A stretch of DNA of 64,000 nucleotides from Heptranchias perlo (lineage: Eukaryota), in NCBI RefSeq assembly GCF_035084215.1, contig NC_090357.1, positions 17,174,001 through 17,238,000 of the forward strand, in the 5' to 3' direction. Below are positions 23,360-36,584 of this stretch, piece after piece; within the stretch, counting starts at the first letter, position 1; every line of letters starts with the position of its first letter. The notes below the pieces were generated by a model that searched no databases, was not told the DNA's origin, and saw nothing but the letters and a program-made list of their open reading frames with translations. The position numbers and the translations under genes were made by a program.

Positions 23360-23945
23360 TCAATTCTCTTTCCACCTCACCATAAGGTGCCAACTCCTGC
23401 TGGGTACAGTTCCACGAGTGCCAATTACTCTTGAGTATCTTGCCAATTGTGTTATCCTAGTCAGCAAGTGCAGGCAAGATGTTTGAGTCAGGAGGGCATC
23501 ACAGGTAAGCCTGATCCTGTCCAAACACGTGCATTTTCCAGAAGGGTTCACTGGACAGTGATCTGGAACAGGAATCCAGCCTAATTTTCTCTCCCTAGCC
23601 AAGGGGCACTGAAAGCAGTTATGTGTTCCCCCTACTGCCACTTCAGTTCAGATCAATTAACTCAACAAAAATAACTTGCATTTATATAACATGATTAACG
23701 TTAAAAAAAAATGCCCATAGCATTACAGATAAGCATAAGAAGGTCGGATGCCGATTTTGAAAGGGAGAGATGAGGAGTGCTGACTGAAAGCTTGGTCAGA
23801 GATGAGTTTTGAGAAGGAAGAGAGAAAGGTGGAGGGACAGAAAAATTTAGGGAGAGAATTCCAAAGAGTGGGACCCAGGCAGCTGAAGGAAACCAGCAGA
23901 GACTTGGAATCAAACCTTGGACCTCCTGGTCTGTACGGCTCATTT
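23360..23945 (-). mobile_element. Old SINE (AmnSINE2-like) interrupted by an L2 tail fragment (about 23670-23890)
   Basis: Antisense similarity to 19000-19830 on both sides of an L2-like segment (CCCAGGCAGCTGAAGG, compare 1854-1875). Confidence 0.45.
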
Positions 23946-26473
23946 AAATACTTAATGTTCCAGCTGAGCCTAGAAGGGGAGCAGGTAGTGCTTTGCTGTT
24001 GTTTTTATCCATTGTTTGCCGTACACAGGGCTGTAATTGGCTACAGAATAAAAGTTATTCATTCTCAGAGATAATTTTTAAAATAGTTTTCAAGGTCAGC
24101 AATAAAATGTTAAGTTTTGCTTTCTGTTTTTTCGGCTAATTGTGTTCAGTAAACACACACAAAACGGGGAGGTCTGCTCCTTCCTTACAGCTTGAAAACT
24201 TGTGAACTACCTAAAATGGACTTTCAGGGTATCTTGTCAATGGTACATGTGACATCTACGGATTTTGACTGGGAAACGCTTGCACTGAATCTGCCATTTT
24301 GGGGGATTTTAAATTGATCTTTACTGCTGAACATTGATCTCTATCTAGAATAGCAGCTGTAGTATCATCTGGTTGTGGTGTTGCTGTTCTATAAGGTACA
24401 GCATTTTGTATAACTGAAGTTTTTTCTTGCAATTTTTCAACTGCAATACGGTAAATATATATAAGCTGCAACATAGTCTTATCATTTGCATGGCTAGTAA
24501 GTATGTTTTAAAAATCCATTATCTCTTTTAGCAGTGCAAAGAGATTTACACCTTTATTTTTAAGAAAAATATTAATTGTCCTAATACTGATTTGATACAC
24601 TGTGCTTTTGACAAGCTAGAAGCTACATAATTAGCTTTTTTTTTCTGGTCACGTATGTTAACCTTGGTCAGATTGTTCTCACTTCACAAAGATAATTGCG
24701 TTTTAATCAGATTGTCTAGATCTGTTTATGTCCACTTCCCTCCTCCTCCCCCCACACATGCACTCATGTACGCAAGGATCAATGAGGCATCCCAAGCTAC
24801 TGCTTTTTGTAGCGCGAACAGATTAGATTACAACAGTCAAGATAGAAGGAAGGTCAGGTTTTGACAGTGCAGGCACTAAATCTGACAGCATTTAGTGATT
24901 TAAAGGAAAATTATTCGAGATGCAATTTGAACTTATACAGTTGTACTTGATTCAGGAGCCTGAGAGAATATATTGTATAAATACCACTGATTTGAAGCTC
25001 TAGCACACTATGGATGCAGACATTGGCATTTCATTGGGTTAAACACTGCCTCTCACCTCTGAAACTAGGGTACAGTTTCAGCCTGGAGTAATGGGATAGC
25101 TGATTTCCTCTTTCTATGACGTGCTGCTGGTTGCTGAGAAGGGAAAGAATGGAATAGCCATTTGACTTTTTTTGCAATACACTGATGTTTGACATAATTG
25201 GCGGCATTGCATCCTAGAGTTCAGTAAGCACAGTTTGAGTTTTAATTGAGTTATTTGAGGGCGTTGGTTCTCAGCTCAAAACTGCTCATAAGTCAGTCAG
25301 AAATAATTGGTTTGGGAAATGAAAATGTCGCACTGGTGCAGTAGGATATGGATGCCCACTTTTCAAAGCTCGAGATCAAAAAAAATTGTGTAGTGACAAA
25401 GAGCCACAAGGTTGCATTTTCAGCAGAGGAGATCTGCTTTTCCCCAATATGCTGCCAGTTTGCTATATTCTGCAACCCTTTCCAAATATTGACTGACAGA
25501 TATTCTGAGCTTTGCCTCCTGGGCAAAATTAAAATGAAATTGGACTTCAGGGAGCCTAACAATTGGATTAATTTAATACCCAAGTACTGTGTATAAACCA
25601 CAAAAAAAAAGTGAGTCACTTAACAGCCTAACCAACAATACACGTTAAAACTTCTATTAAAAACTCATAATAGTACAATGAAGGCTGAGAATCCACACAT
25701 TCTAATTAAGAACTCAAACCTATTTAAGCTCATAAACTTCAAGACAACGTTTAGCTCTGTTATTAACCTATCCAGAGCATTTAAGCTTAGGATTGAGTCC
25801 AAATTACAACTCTGAAATGAATCCTAAGTGAACAAATTTCATTTTCTTTCATCTGTTAATCAAATTATGAAGGATGGAAAGAACTTCATCAAGAGAGGAG
25901 AGAGACCTGTTCGGTTTTCAATAAGTTCTATCTGGCACTGGCCTTGTGGAAGCCAAATTGAACTGCTGTAAAAGTGTGGTACTGAGTAGAAGAGTTTATT
26001 GATTCACTGAACCCCATTGCAGCCAATTGCATTCACTTATCTGTACGCTGAGTGAATGAACAAACTCTTCCATGCTGCACTGCATCTTTCAATCTATGGA
26101 AAGACAGGAACTGGGCAGCGTCATTTCCATCAGCTACCATAAGACCAGCGAATCACACTTGCCCAAGAAAATGATGAACTGCTAGTGCATTTGTTCCCTG
26201 CTGACTCTTTTATTTCTAGAATGGTGTTCAAAAGCCATTTTTCACTAACTAGAGATCTGTATACAACTCACAAGATTCCAGTTCTATGCCCCTGCAGTTG
26301 GATTTTAGAATTAAGACCCATTGTTGGGGTAATTACAGGAAACTTGGCTCCGTATCTGACCTAACAGTCGGTCCAGAAAGTGGAAAGTTCCATTCCCTAG
26401 TGTTGTCATCCTTCACTATTATCAGCATAAAATTCAGCCCCCCCTCATACCACAAAATAAAAATGAATCCAGG

Positions 26474-26800
26474 AGTGGCTATACTCCAGTGCACTACTGA
26501 GGAAGTGCCGTCTTTCAGATAAGACGATAAACCCATCTGCCCTCTCAGTTAGACGTAATAGAGCTTACCATTCGAAAAAGAGCAATGGTATTCTCCTAGA
26601 GTCCTAGCCGTTATTTATCCCTCAATCAACATTAGTAAAACAAATTATCTGGTCATTTATCTCATTGCTGTTCGTGGGAAATTTCTGTGCACAAATTGCC
26701 ACGTTTCCCTACATTGCTATAGTGATTACACTTCAAAAATATTTTGTTGGATATGAAACACGTCCTGAGATCAAGACAGGTGCTATGTAAATGCATTTAT
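26474..26800 (+). mobile_element. Deu-domain SINE, diverged
   Basis: GTGCCGTCTTTCAGATAAGACG..CTGCCCTCTCAG core and tail. Confidence 0.7.
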
Positions 26801-27222
26801 ATCTTTAACTGTTCTCAAGTGTTAGACAAGCTCCAGCCAGGTGTTTATAAATGTGATAATACAAGTTGCATCAATGAAACAGTGCGACCTGCCACCTTAA
26901 CCTGATTACAGTTTGAAACCACCTGAAAAACGGCATGGTGATCTCCTAAGTTGAGTTGATGGATGAATTCATAGCCTGGTGTGGTACCGAGCCATTTAGA
27001 CCAGGAAGGATTTAGATTGCTGATTTAGCTGATATAAATTGAGGTGCTATAACTGGCCTCAGCATTCCTGGTCTAGCATGGCGAAATATCAGGCAAGATT
27101 TCCTGCTTTGACTGGCTCTCCAGTCATCTCTGCTGTGTGGACATCGGGGTCAACTGTAATGATGCCTCCCCTGCGTCGTTACCCCCCCACCCCACCTTTG
27201 TTAAATAGTTTGCTGAGACTTG

Positions 27223-29283
27223 GGGCCCGATTTTACCAGGCCTGCGGGTTTCCGGCGGGTTGGGTTTCGGGAGCGTGGTCAACACGCTCGGTGAAATTAG
27301 TGGGTTGCCCGCGCGATCGTAGCAGGCAATCCACTAATTGGATCCAATCACCTGCTCCTCCGGGCTCCGCGCTGCTGGTCTGCGCGTCGGGCGGACTGCG
27401 CATGCGCAGTACGATCTGTCAGCTGGAGGCTCTCTAGTTAAAGGGGCAGTCCTCCACTGACAGATGCTGCAACCAATAGAACACATTACAGCATGGAGCA
27501 GCCCAGGGGGAAGGCTGCTCCCAGTTTAATGATGCCTCACCCCAGGTATCATCAGATGGGGTGAGGAGGAGGGGGAGGACAGAGCTCTTCCACCCGGCGG
27601 GCGGGAGGAAGCGGCCTGCCTCTGCCACCAAGAAGGCCTGGCTCGAGGTGGCGGAGGAGGTCACCTGCACCACCAACATATCGCCCACCTGCATACAGTG
27701 CAGGAGGCGCTCCAATGACCGCAGTAGGTCAGCCACAGTGAGAACACGTAGTCTTTCCCCCACACTCCGTCTGCCACAACACTGCCCCCACCCCACATCT
27801 CCTTCGGCACCGCCAACACCACTCTGTCACATCACCCCTCATACCCACTCAAACCCCATCCTCATCTTACCTGCACCTACTCACCTCGCGAGTACTCACC
27901 CTGCCACTAACACGCAACCCAATCCTCATATAATCTCATGGCTCTATCCCATACGCACCCTCTCGTGCATCTCCCTCACGGCCAGCCTCACTCAACCTGC
28001 CACCACCTGTGCTGCAGCCACAGGGCATGCATCACATATGTGCAGTAGGCAGCGTAAGGCAGACGTGTCGTGAGCATGAAGGGGATGCACAAGGGTGTTT
28101 GAGGGTTTGTCATGGGTGTTACCTATATTGAATTTCAGAACAACTCACATCACACATTATTTTGGCACCACCACTGCCATGTCTCCGCGAATCCTGTCTG
28201 TTTTGTGCAATAATGCCCGCTCCTGGGTATCACTATGAGGACCCACCACTGATGCCACCCATTGTGTTACTGCAGAGTAGGTGCAGGTGTATTTGCAGGG
28301 CTCTTCCGCGCAGACGACTGAGAGACATCGGCGGTGTACCCGGCTGCACCCTGGAAGGATGCGGTGGAGAAGTTGTGGAGGGCAGTGGTGACTTTGGCAG
28401 CGACAGGTAAGCAGATGGTGCTGGGGCCAGCCAGGAGCAGCTCTGCATGAAAGAGGCTTCAGATGTCCACGACTACATGTCGAGTGAATCTGCGCCTCCG
28501 TGTGCACTGCTGCTCGGAGAGGTCCGGGGAGCTGCGCCTCGGTCTGTGGACCCTGTGGCGAGGGTAGTGCCCTCTGCGACGCGTCTCTCTCTGCGGTAGC
28601 CCTCCCTCCTGCTGTACAGGTGGATGTGTCACAGCACTCTGTTGTGGAGCTCCACGTGTCAGAGGTGGACGGCGTGGATGGCGAGGCTGGTGATGCTGTT
28701 CGCCCTCCGAGGGGGTCATGACTGCAGCTACGACGGCCCCCATCCGCAATATGTACATCTGAGGGGGTCCGCAAGGTAGGCACATGTCTCCGGACCCCGG
28801 GGTGAGTGTGCAGGTTGGTGACTTTGACCGTCAGGAGGGGGGTGGTGGAGGCCACACTTTGTCCCAAGTGACAGAGCGGCCTCCTGCAATGGGTGAGGGT
28901 CTCCCCCACGCCCCCCCCTCCACCTGTCAAATGGACCTTTGCAGCTGCCACAGGCTGACGGCTGCAACACGTCCAGTTCAACTAGGACTGTTTCCCCCAG
29001 TGTGTGAAACAGTCCCATGTTTCTCCAAAATCACACACAGTCCCTTAATCAGGTCAGTTAATGACCTGAACAAGCAAAATAAATACACTCAGGTGGCATC
29101 CCGCTGGCTTTAATTGCCTGCGGGATTCCCACCAGCGGGGGCTATGCACGCACCCCCTCACGTCATCGGGGAACCCGGAAGTGGGCGGGATCGTGGCGCG
29201 ATCCGGTCACGTGCCTGGATATCGGGATTTTCGGGGCCCCCCCGCTGGAAACGCACACGAAACCCGCTGGTAAAATCGAGCCC
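27223..29283. mobile_element. Internally deleted, non-autonomous Harbinger (2061 bp)
   Basis: TIRs GGGCCCGATTTTACCAG and CTGGTAAAATCGAGCCC (16/17 match); TSD TTG at 27220-27222 and 29284-29286. Frameshifted Myb exon 1 (+, from 27493) and only the 5' part of the transposase (-, about 28300-28745). Confidence 0.92.
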
Positions 29284-30095
29284 TTGGTGTTTAAACTCCT
29301 ACATAAATAGTGGCCGCTTGTCAACCCATACACCTTCATGAGTCAATGGCTTTATAAGGAGAAGGGAAAAAATTGAGGAAAAGGAAGGAATAGAAGTGAT
29401 TGCCACCTTACTGTTGTGTAATTTAGACATGTGCTTTTGGCCTGTTTTTGTATGTCTCAGTGTCATCAGACGTTGCTGCACTACTTGGTTTGGTTGGGTA
29501 CGCAATAAATTTCAGTAGTTGACAGCCAGGCTGCTAAAAGGAGAGCATCCCATAATGAGATAGACTGCCTCTGACTAACTTTATCTAGATGTGCCTCCTG
29601 CTTACCAAGGCATTAATGTTGGAATCCATGGAGCCCATATCCTGTTTGTCTTCTCTGCTTGAGAATGGTGGTATTGGACTAAGGGGATAAGATGGAATGA
29701 AAAAGGAAGCAAATGCTGTTTATAATGAATGGAAAAACTGCTAGAATGGAAGACCATATATACATTTTTTTCTGATCAAAACTCTTTGCGGAACTATGGC
29801 TTTATTAAATTTTTTTGTGATTCATACTTGTTTCTCACCCTCACTTGTTCCACGTTTCACTTCATTTTATGGGTTTCACCTTCAAGAAGTGCCCTTCCCT
29901 TCTTAGGGTAGAATCTGGACTTTGCAGCTTACAAAACAACATGCTATACCAACAACTTGGTATGCGGTGAGTTATATTCTAGTTCCTTTCACTCTTTCCC
30001 TAAGTTGATAATATCTGTAACAGCTATTAAACCCATCATATGTTGATTGACAGATCTGGTGCTTGAACCCCTGACCAAATATTTGTGAAAGCAAT

Positions 30096-30216
30096 GGGGC
30101 GGTTTTAACTCTTCCATTGAATTCAATGGAAAAGAAAATCGAGCAGGGTGTAAAATGGACACCCGACCCGCTGTAGCCCATTTTCTGTCTGGTGGGAATG
30201 CTTAAAATTGACCCCC
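30096..30216. mobile_element. Short degenerate Harbinger-type MITE
   Basis: Ends GGGGCGGTTTTAA and TTAAAATTGACCCC; internal palindrome TTCCATTGAATTCAATGGAA; TSD not exact. Confidence 0.5.
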
Positions 30217-31576
30217 AAGTGTCTGAATTTCTATATATCCAGACAATCAGGGAGTTACTGTGTTTATTAAATGTTGCTATTTTTTCTAGTTCAAAATGGT
30301 ATTCTTAGGTGAAATTGCTGTGTAGAAGGAATGTGATTATAGAGTATTAAAGTCACTTGTTGGCAAGAACTGTTGACTTCTCAACAGGTGTAATGAGTAG
30401 GCACTAGGAAGCTTGCCAAGTACTGCAGTCAAAGTATGCACTGGTGTGGAGCCAAATGTTCTCTGAATACCAGAGACTTGAATGTTTGTTAGATGCAAAT
30501 ATTTTTCCACAGTCAGATTTTCATGTGACAATTTGATGGACAGAACTGATTGAAAAATGATGGTCTTCATGCAAAGATCTGTGAGCTTCCTCAGTACAGG
30601 TTTACCCACCTGAGCAAATCTTGTGTATTTTGATCCCTTGCCTAACTTGTATTGATGTATAGTGATATTCTATATATAGATGTATATCTCAAATAATACA
30701 TGATTTAGAAAGGAAAAATATTGTGTTACTGCAAATTCAACTCAGCACTACTGCACACTTTGAATGTTTTTTCCACACTAAGCAGTGTGGCTCTTGCTTT
30801 GCTGGTTAGTTGGTTAATGGATTCTGTGTAAACATTTTATTTAGAAATTACACACATGACCCATTGCACATGGAGAAAAAAAATCTAACACAAGAATATC
30901 ACTAAGGGGGGAGGGGTAATTACTTTTATTGTTTGCTCCCATTTTCGTCTTCCTTTTTGTAAAAGCATTGACTCATGCTGGAGTCAGATTCCCTAGGCCG
31001 GCAGTCCTTCAACACCTTGCTCAAATGACTTTTTTATGTGTTAATTTAGAATAGTGCATTTCAGTAGGCTGTTCAACTGTGGAAGACATCATTGCCAAGC
31101 TTGATCATTCAAGCAAGATCACAAGATAGTAATCAGGAGCAAAAATCATGACTTTTTTCCTCTGCTTCTCTAGCACTGTGACATCAAGGTCAACTTTAGC
31201 ACCTCACCGTGCCTTGTGAGATCAGCTCAGAACAGACCTGAGATCCAACTGGTGTCTTCTTGGTCTGTATGGCTCAACTATCCCTTTCATGTGATCTAAA
31301 TCATGGGGGAAGCCTGGAACTTTTTTTTTTGTCTGGGTCCAGAAAACACGACCACAGGTTTCAGTGAAGAACAACCAGTTCTTCTGTAGCTCTCACACCA
31401 TGTTACGAGGCTATGGTTGGGAGCTGTGGATTTTAAGATTGCTCCATTTTACCCGTGATTGACGTCAGAAAACAATTTGAGAAGCAGTGCAGAAGTCACC
31501 AAAAGGCAATTTCACAGTTTTTCATGGATTACCCTAGTTTTTTTTATTAAAGTTTTTAGGAGTGCCAGAAATAAAT

Positions 31577-31811
31577 ATTGTAAACAATTTTACAACACCA
31601 AGTTATAGTCCAGCAATTTTATTTTAAATTCACAAGCTTTCGGAGGCTACCTCCTTCCTCAGGTGAACGATGTGGACCACATCGTTCACCTGAGGAAGGA
31701 GGTAGCCTCCGAAAGCTTGTGAATTTAAAATAAAATTGCTGGACTATAACTTGGTGTTGTAAAATTGTTTACAATTGTCAACCCCAGTCCATCACCGGCA
31801 TCTCCACATCA
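31577..31811. mobile_element. Penelope-like 3'-end insertion, perfect fold-back palindrome
   Basis: 99-bp arms 31577-31675 and 31677-31775 with a 1-nt loop; tail on the right arm only; TSD CAGAAATAAATAT at 31566-31578 and 31810-31822. Confidence 0.9.
31685..31723 (+). ncRNA. Minimal hammerhead ribozyme motif (mirror copy on - at 31629-31667)
   Basis: TTCAC-CTGAGGA-A-GGAGG-TAG-CCTCC-GAAA-GCTT-GTGAA. Confidence 0.7.
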
Positions 31812-34411
31812 GAAATAAATATGAGCAACATTCGCTTTTGCATTGCATTAAACCTTCCAAAATTAAGTAATGAGAACTTGGGTTACATTAACTCCTGCTA
31901 ACATGGAATGTGAAGAAACCGCTGCAAAGTGCAGAGTGTGACTCCAAACTGAGTTGAAGTAGAATTAGGGAATCAGACACATTTTTGTGAACCTCCTCTA
32001 ATAAACTCATTGAATTGTTGTCTATCTGTAAATATTTCTAGATGAGATTTGTTAGCACATTGATGCTTAGTGTCTGTTCAGTTTTGTGGTTGGCTAGGTA
32101 TGTGATTAGATTTTAGTAATGTGTATTATTATGCCTGTTTCTTTAAATACTGCTACATATGAATTTTCCTTCTTGCTGTTTCATAGAGAGTGTTGTACTA
32201 CAGCATGCATGGGTCAATTGCAAATTCAAACTGCAGTGTCTATCAGTGGTGTGTGTGTTAGCACAATTACTGATCCCAATATTTAAGATTAATTTTCTTG
32301 TTATAGCAAAACCTATAGCTCACATATTGCTGGCGATAGGTTTTCACCAGCTCGGCCTCCCTTATTCTTCCCCATGATTAGCAGTTTCTCTGCAGCACCT
32401 CCTACTTCTCATGTCAGCTATGAGATTACAAGATTACATTGCATATTTTTCATGAAGACCATTGTACAGTATGAATATCTATGCGACTAGGAGTTATCCA
32501 GCTGTAGAGGCAATAGTAATTAAATAGGCTGCGTTTAGTGACACCAACCGATGTAATTAACAAGATTTGTAGTTGCACCGCCAGGAAGTGGGAGGACAAT
32601 AATCACTCCACTCTTGGCTCTGTTTAGTCACACTGCCAGTACAACTAATGAAGAAGTGTAATGTGTCTTTTGATGCAGTCAAGACTGTAGACTGACAGTA
32701 CTGCATTGAAGTTTTCTACTGAAGTTCTCTACATGACTAAGTGCAGAACTCAACAAGGAGTATAGTGCTTCAACACACACAATACTAACACTCAGGTCGG
32801 GCTTGAACAATGTCACGCACTGGCACATCATTGGCGGTGTCAATATTCACTCCGAATTAAATAACACTACATAGTCTACAATAATGGAAAGTAACTGGAA
32901 CTCATTTCAGGATTCTGCAGCACTACTGCTTTCCATTTAGCAGACTGTCAATATTCTGCATGTTTTGCATTTCCTTCAAAGGGCTAGCTCTCATGCCCTG
33001 TATGCCGACAGATTATTTTTGAGTCAATAATTGTTCAGGGCTGAGTAACGAACCGTATTATTACGGGAAACAAAAAGAACAGTTTGTACTGTCAACTGGG
33101 AGTGAAATGGTACTGGGTAACAATTTGGAAGGTACCTGAAGGCATCCATGTGTATCCAAATGTGACTGGCTAGAACGTTCTGTAGAATTTAATTAGATCA
33201 GCATCTGCAGAGCAGAGAACCAGCCAGCAGTCATGCATATAAAGATGGATTACAACAATAATATATCTGCTACCATGCAGTGTGTCCTTTTATAATAGAA
33301 AACAAAAGCTCTCTCCTTTGGCTGTCCATCTGCTAGTGTGTTGGAGGGTTCATGGGAACTAGGGGGCCTTCACATTGTACAATCTTAGTAGCGGTTCAAA
33401 ACTGAAGCCGCTTTGCACCAACACTAAACCTGAAGGTGCTAAGGCCCGAACTGACCCCGAAGCAAAGCAGAGTCATCTGAGGCATCTCGCTAAGCTCAGT
33501 TCTATTATCAGCTCAGCCTGTGATGCCACATTCAGGTTGCACACACACTGTAACTGTTGCATCGGTACGAAGCTGTACTGCTTTGCACCAAAACTACTGT
33601 TATAGAGTGAATGCACCCTTAAAAAGGTTAAAGTAGACTACACTGACAGGTTAAAGAGGTAGTAAGCAAAGGCATAACACCTCAGAGGCGTGTGGGTAGG
33701 GATTTTTAAAATATCTATTTTAGTTCCCAACTAAACACTATAATCTGCTTTTACATTTTAAAAAATATAACCATGGGTTCTGCTTAGTTTAACCTATCAG
33801 AGCTACAGGTATGTTTTATATTTACTGTCCCTTTCATGAAGTTTTATTTAGACCCTGTGAAAATAGTGGTTCTGAACATAAGAGTCATACGAATGGTTTG
33901 AACATAAGTACTTGTTCTACTGCTGTTGCTGTAGCCTTTGTGATAACGCACCACAGATGACTGCAGATCGTCCAATAGCAAACGATTTGTCATCCTGAGT
34001 GATGTGTAGATTTCTGATGTAGTCAGTATCTTCACATCAGTGTTACGAAAGGAGCAATTTGCCAGAAATTTGTCAATGTTTCATAATGAGAACTCTGGAC
34101 AATTTAAAGGAAAGTGTATGGTTTCTATAATTTTAAGAAATTAATTACCACAAACGGAAACTGATATTTTTAAAGTTAGTACAGGCAAAATGAGTTGGCT
34201 TATCTTTGTCTCTGAAGTTAGTTTAGGAATTGCTGGCTGTCTGGCTATCATTAAGTCTAGTTGAATTTATTCTTCTGCCTCGCTGCCTTACTTTTTCAAG
34301 TATCTCTCCCCTGCTTGTCTTGCGTCTTCTCTGCAGTCTGTCAGGTCCCCCCCTATTCTCTGCTCCTCATTTGACATATCTTTTCTCCTCTTTCTAATCC
34401 TTAGTCCTGTA

Positions 34412-34772
34412 TTTTTTTAAAATTCGTTCATGGGATGTGGGTATCGCTGGCAAGGCCAGCATTTATTGCCCATCCCTAATTGCCCTTGAGAAGGTGGTGG
34501 TGAGCTGCCTTCTATGAACCACAATTGAGTGGCTTACTAGGCCATTTCAGAGTGCAATTAAGAATCAACCACATTGCTGTGGGTCTGGAGTCACATATAG
34601 GCCAGACCAGGTAAGGACAGCAGGTTTTATTTAATTCATTGAATTTCAATTCCCAAGCTGCCATGGGGGGATTTGAACTCATGACTCTGGATTATTAGTC
34701 CAGGTCTCTGGATTATTAGTCCAGGTCTCTGGATTATTAGTCCAGTAAAATAATCACTATGCTACCGTACCC
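34412..34772 (-). mobile_element. SINE/non-autonomous derivative of the tRNA-headed LINE at 53387-56722
   Basis: Antisense match to the LINE 5' region (53387-53730) joined to its last ~100 nt; includes about three 21-bp tandem units at 34686-34746. Confidence 0.85.
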
Positions 34773-35467
34773 TAGCTTTCACCTTAGCTGTCTCTGTTTC
34801 TCAGTCCCCATGACTGATATTACTGCCCCATTCTCTGTGTTCCTTATTCCTTCTCATACCCTGAAAATACAACTATTTGAAGTTGACCTGTGAACAATGA
34901 GATCTATTGCTTCATTAAAAAAAGTTGTATAAACAGCGAGTAAATGGGTTTGGAATAAATATTGTAAACCAGTGGAACAGATGACTAGCCTTTATTATGG
35001 TTTCATAGGGTGCAGTCCCAAAGCAGCCTGTCATTCAATTCTGCCTGTCATAGATGACTGAGATTTATTAGAGTTCATCCAAGTCACTGGTGAGAATATT
35101 TCTACTGTACAGAAAAAAACTGTTAAATGAATAATGATTTTAGCAGATAATTTTATTCACTTGACCGTTCCATTCTTCTATCAATTTTAACTGTTGCATC
35201 AAGTTTGGCAATAAACTAACAGTGGAATGATAACTGGGATGCAATTACAGTACTGTAAAAATAGCCACACGATTGTTATAAATAGCTGAAAGTGTATTTA
35301 TGTCATTTGCTTCATTACAATATACATATTACAGTGCAGCACAACAAATCTTAAAAAAAACAGTTTGATACACCAAACTGTTTAGCAGTTTCACTCAGGG
35401 AATCTGGGAAACGTTTGGCCCATTCATCATCCCTATTACTTTCACCATATCAGCAAGAGAAAGAACC

Positions 35468-35558
35468 TTTGTCCACAGATGCTGCCTCAGTTGCTGAGCT
35501 TTTCCAGCATTTTCTGTTTTTATTTCAGATTTCCAGCATCCACAGTATTTTGCTTTTG
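35468..35558 (+). mobile_element. Short retroelement tail insertion (Penelope-associated family by recall)
   Basis: CCACAGATGCTGCC..TTTCCAGCATTTTCTGTTTTTATTTCAGATTTCCAGCATC; TSD AGAGAAAGAACC at 35456-35467 and 35559-35570. Confidence 0.7.
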
Positions 35559-36584
35559 AGAGAAAGAACCACCTTCTTTAGAGATGGTGTTTAAATGATT
35601 GTTTACAGACAAAGTTTCTGTCACAGTTTGTTGTATAAACAGTGAGTAAATGCGTCACTTAAACATGGGTAAATTATAAATATCACAAAGCTCGACCATT
35701 AAAAACAGATCTTCTCTTCAGATGGTGGAGCATCTCACCTGATGAAGCAGTTTTCAAACCGAAAGAAAAGCACTGGTTACATTGATTGCCAAAAGTGCTT
35801 GAACTCTAGCACCTGATGAGGTGAAAAAGACTCTGAAACATTGCTGAATTGGTTAAAAGCCATTTACACACCTGGACAAAAATGCTTGTAAAAAGCGCTT
35901 AACACATCAATTGGGGGTAAAGGGCTTTCCACGTTGGCTTTAGTGAGAGGCAGCATAACGATTGTATCAATAAGTTCAGACTTTTGCCATTCGTTTAAAC
36001 ATTTTATTCATTTAACAGTTATCCATTTTATAGGGAAAGGTATCATTGGAAAGGATAGCAAAGGGTTTTGTGCATGGAGATTCTATTCGTGTAAACATTT
36101 TATTCTTTTATCAGTTATTCATTAAAGTGGGCATCATTATACAAGCAAAATTGAAATTTTTTATACAAAACAATATGCTTATGACTTAACTACAAATAAA
36201 AACAGATTTTCTCTTCAGATGGTAGAGCATCTCACAAAAACCATAGGTAACGATGTCTGGTGATTATTGTCGTTTTTATTGAATACAGACACCTCAAAAG
36301 GCCATTTTTTAAAACTTGTGTATATATAGCATTATTGTACAGTGAGAAGATTTAATGCTCTGAATTGTTTTTTATGTTTTTATTACTATTTAGAGCAAAA
36401 ACACATTCAAGATCAACAGTTTGCAAAAGTGTTGTAAGCATTTGGGGAAAATATGAAAGCAGTGGCGTTAAATTTTTTTTTAAAGTGATTTAAAGCAAAT
36501 TTCTCTATCCAGTTGAAATATCTTGTTACGCTAAGCCGCAAAGTTTGTAATAAGTCAATACAGAACTTTCAGAGAAATTCGTAA

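Noticed and set aside
24250-24870. Possible promoter or first exon (GCCATTTT YY1-like motif)
   Set aside because: Only short motifs that are expected by chance; cannot be supported without expression data.
34686-34746. CRISPR-like short direct repeats
   Set aside because: Head-to-tail 21-bp units without spacers, inside a eukaryotic SINE; no cas genes.
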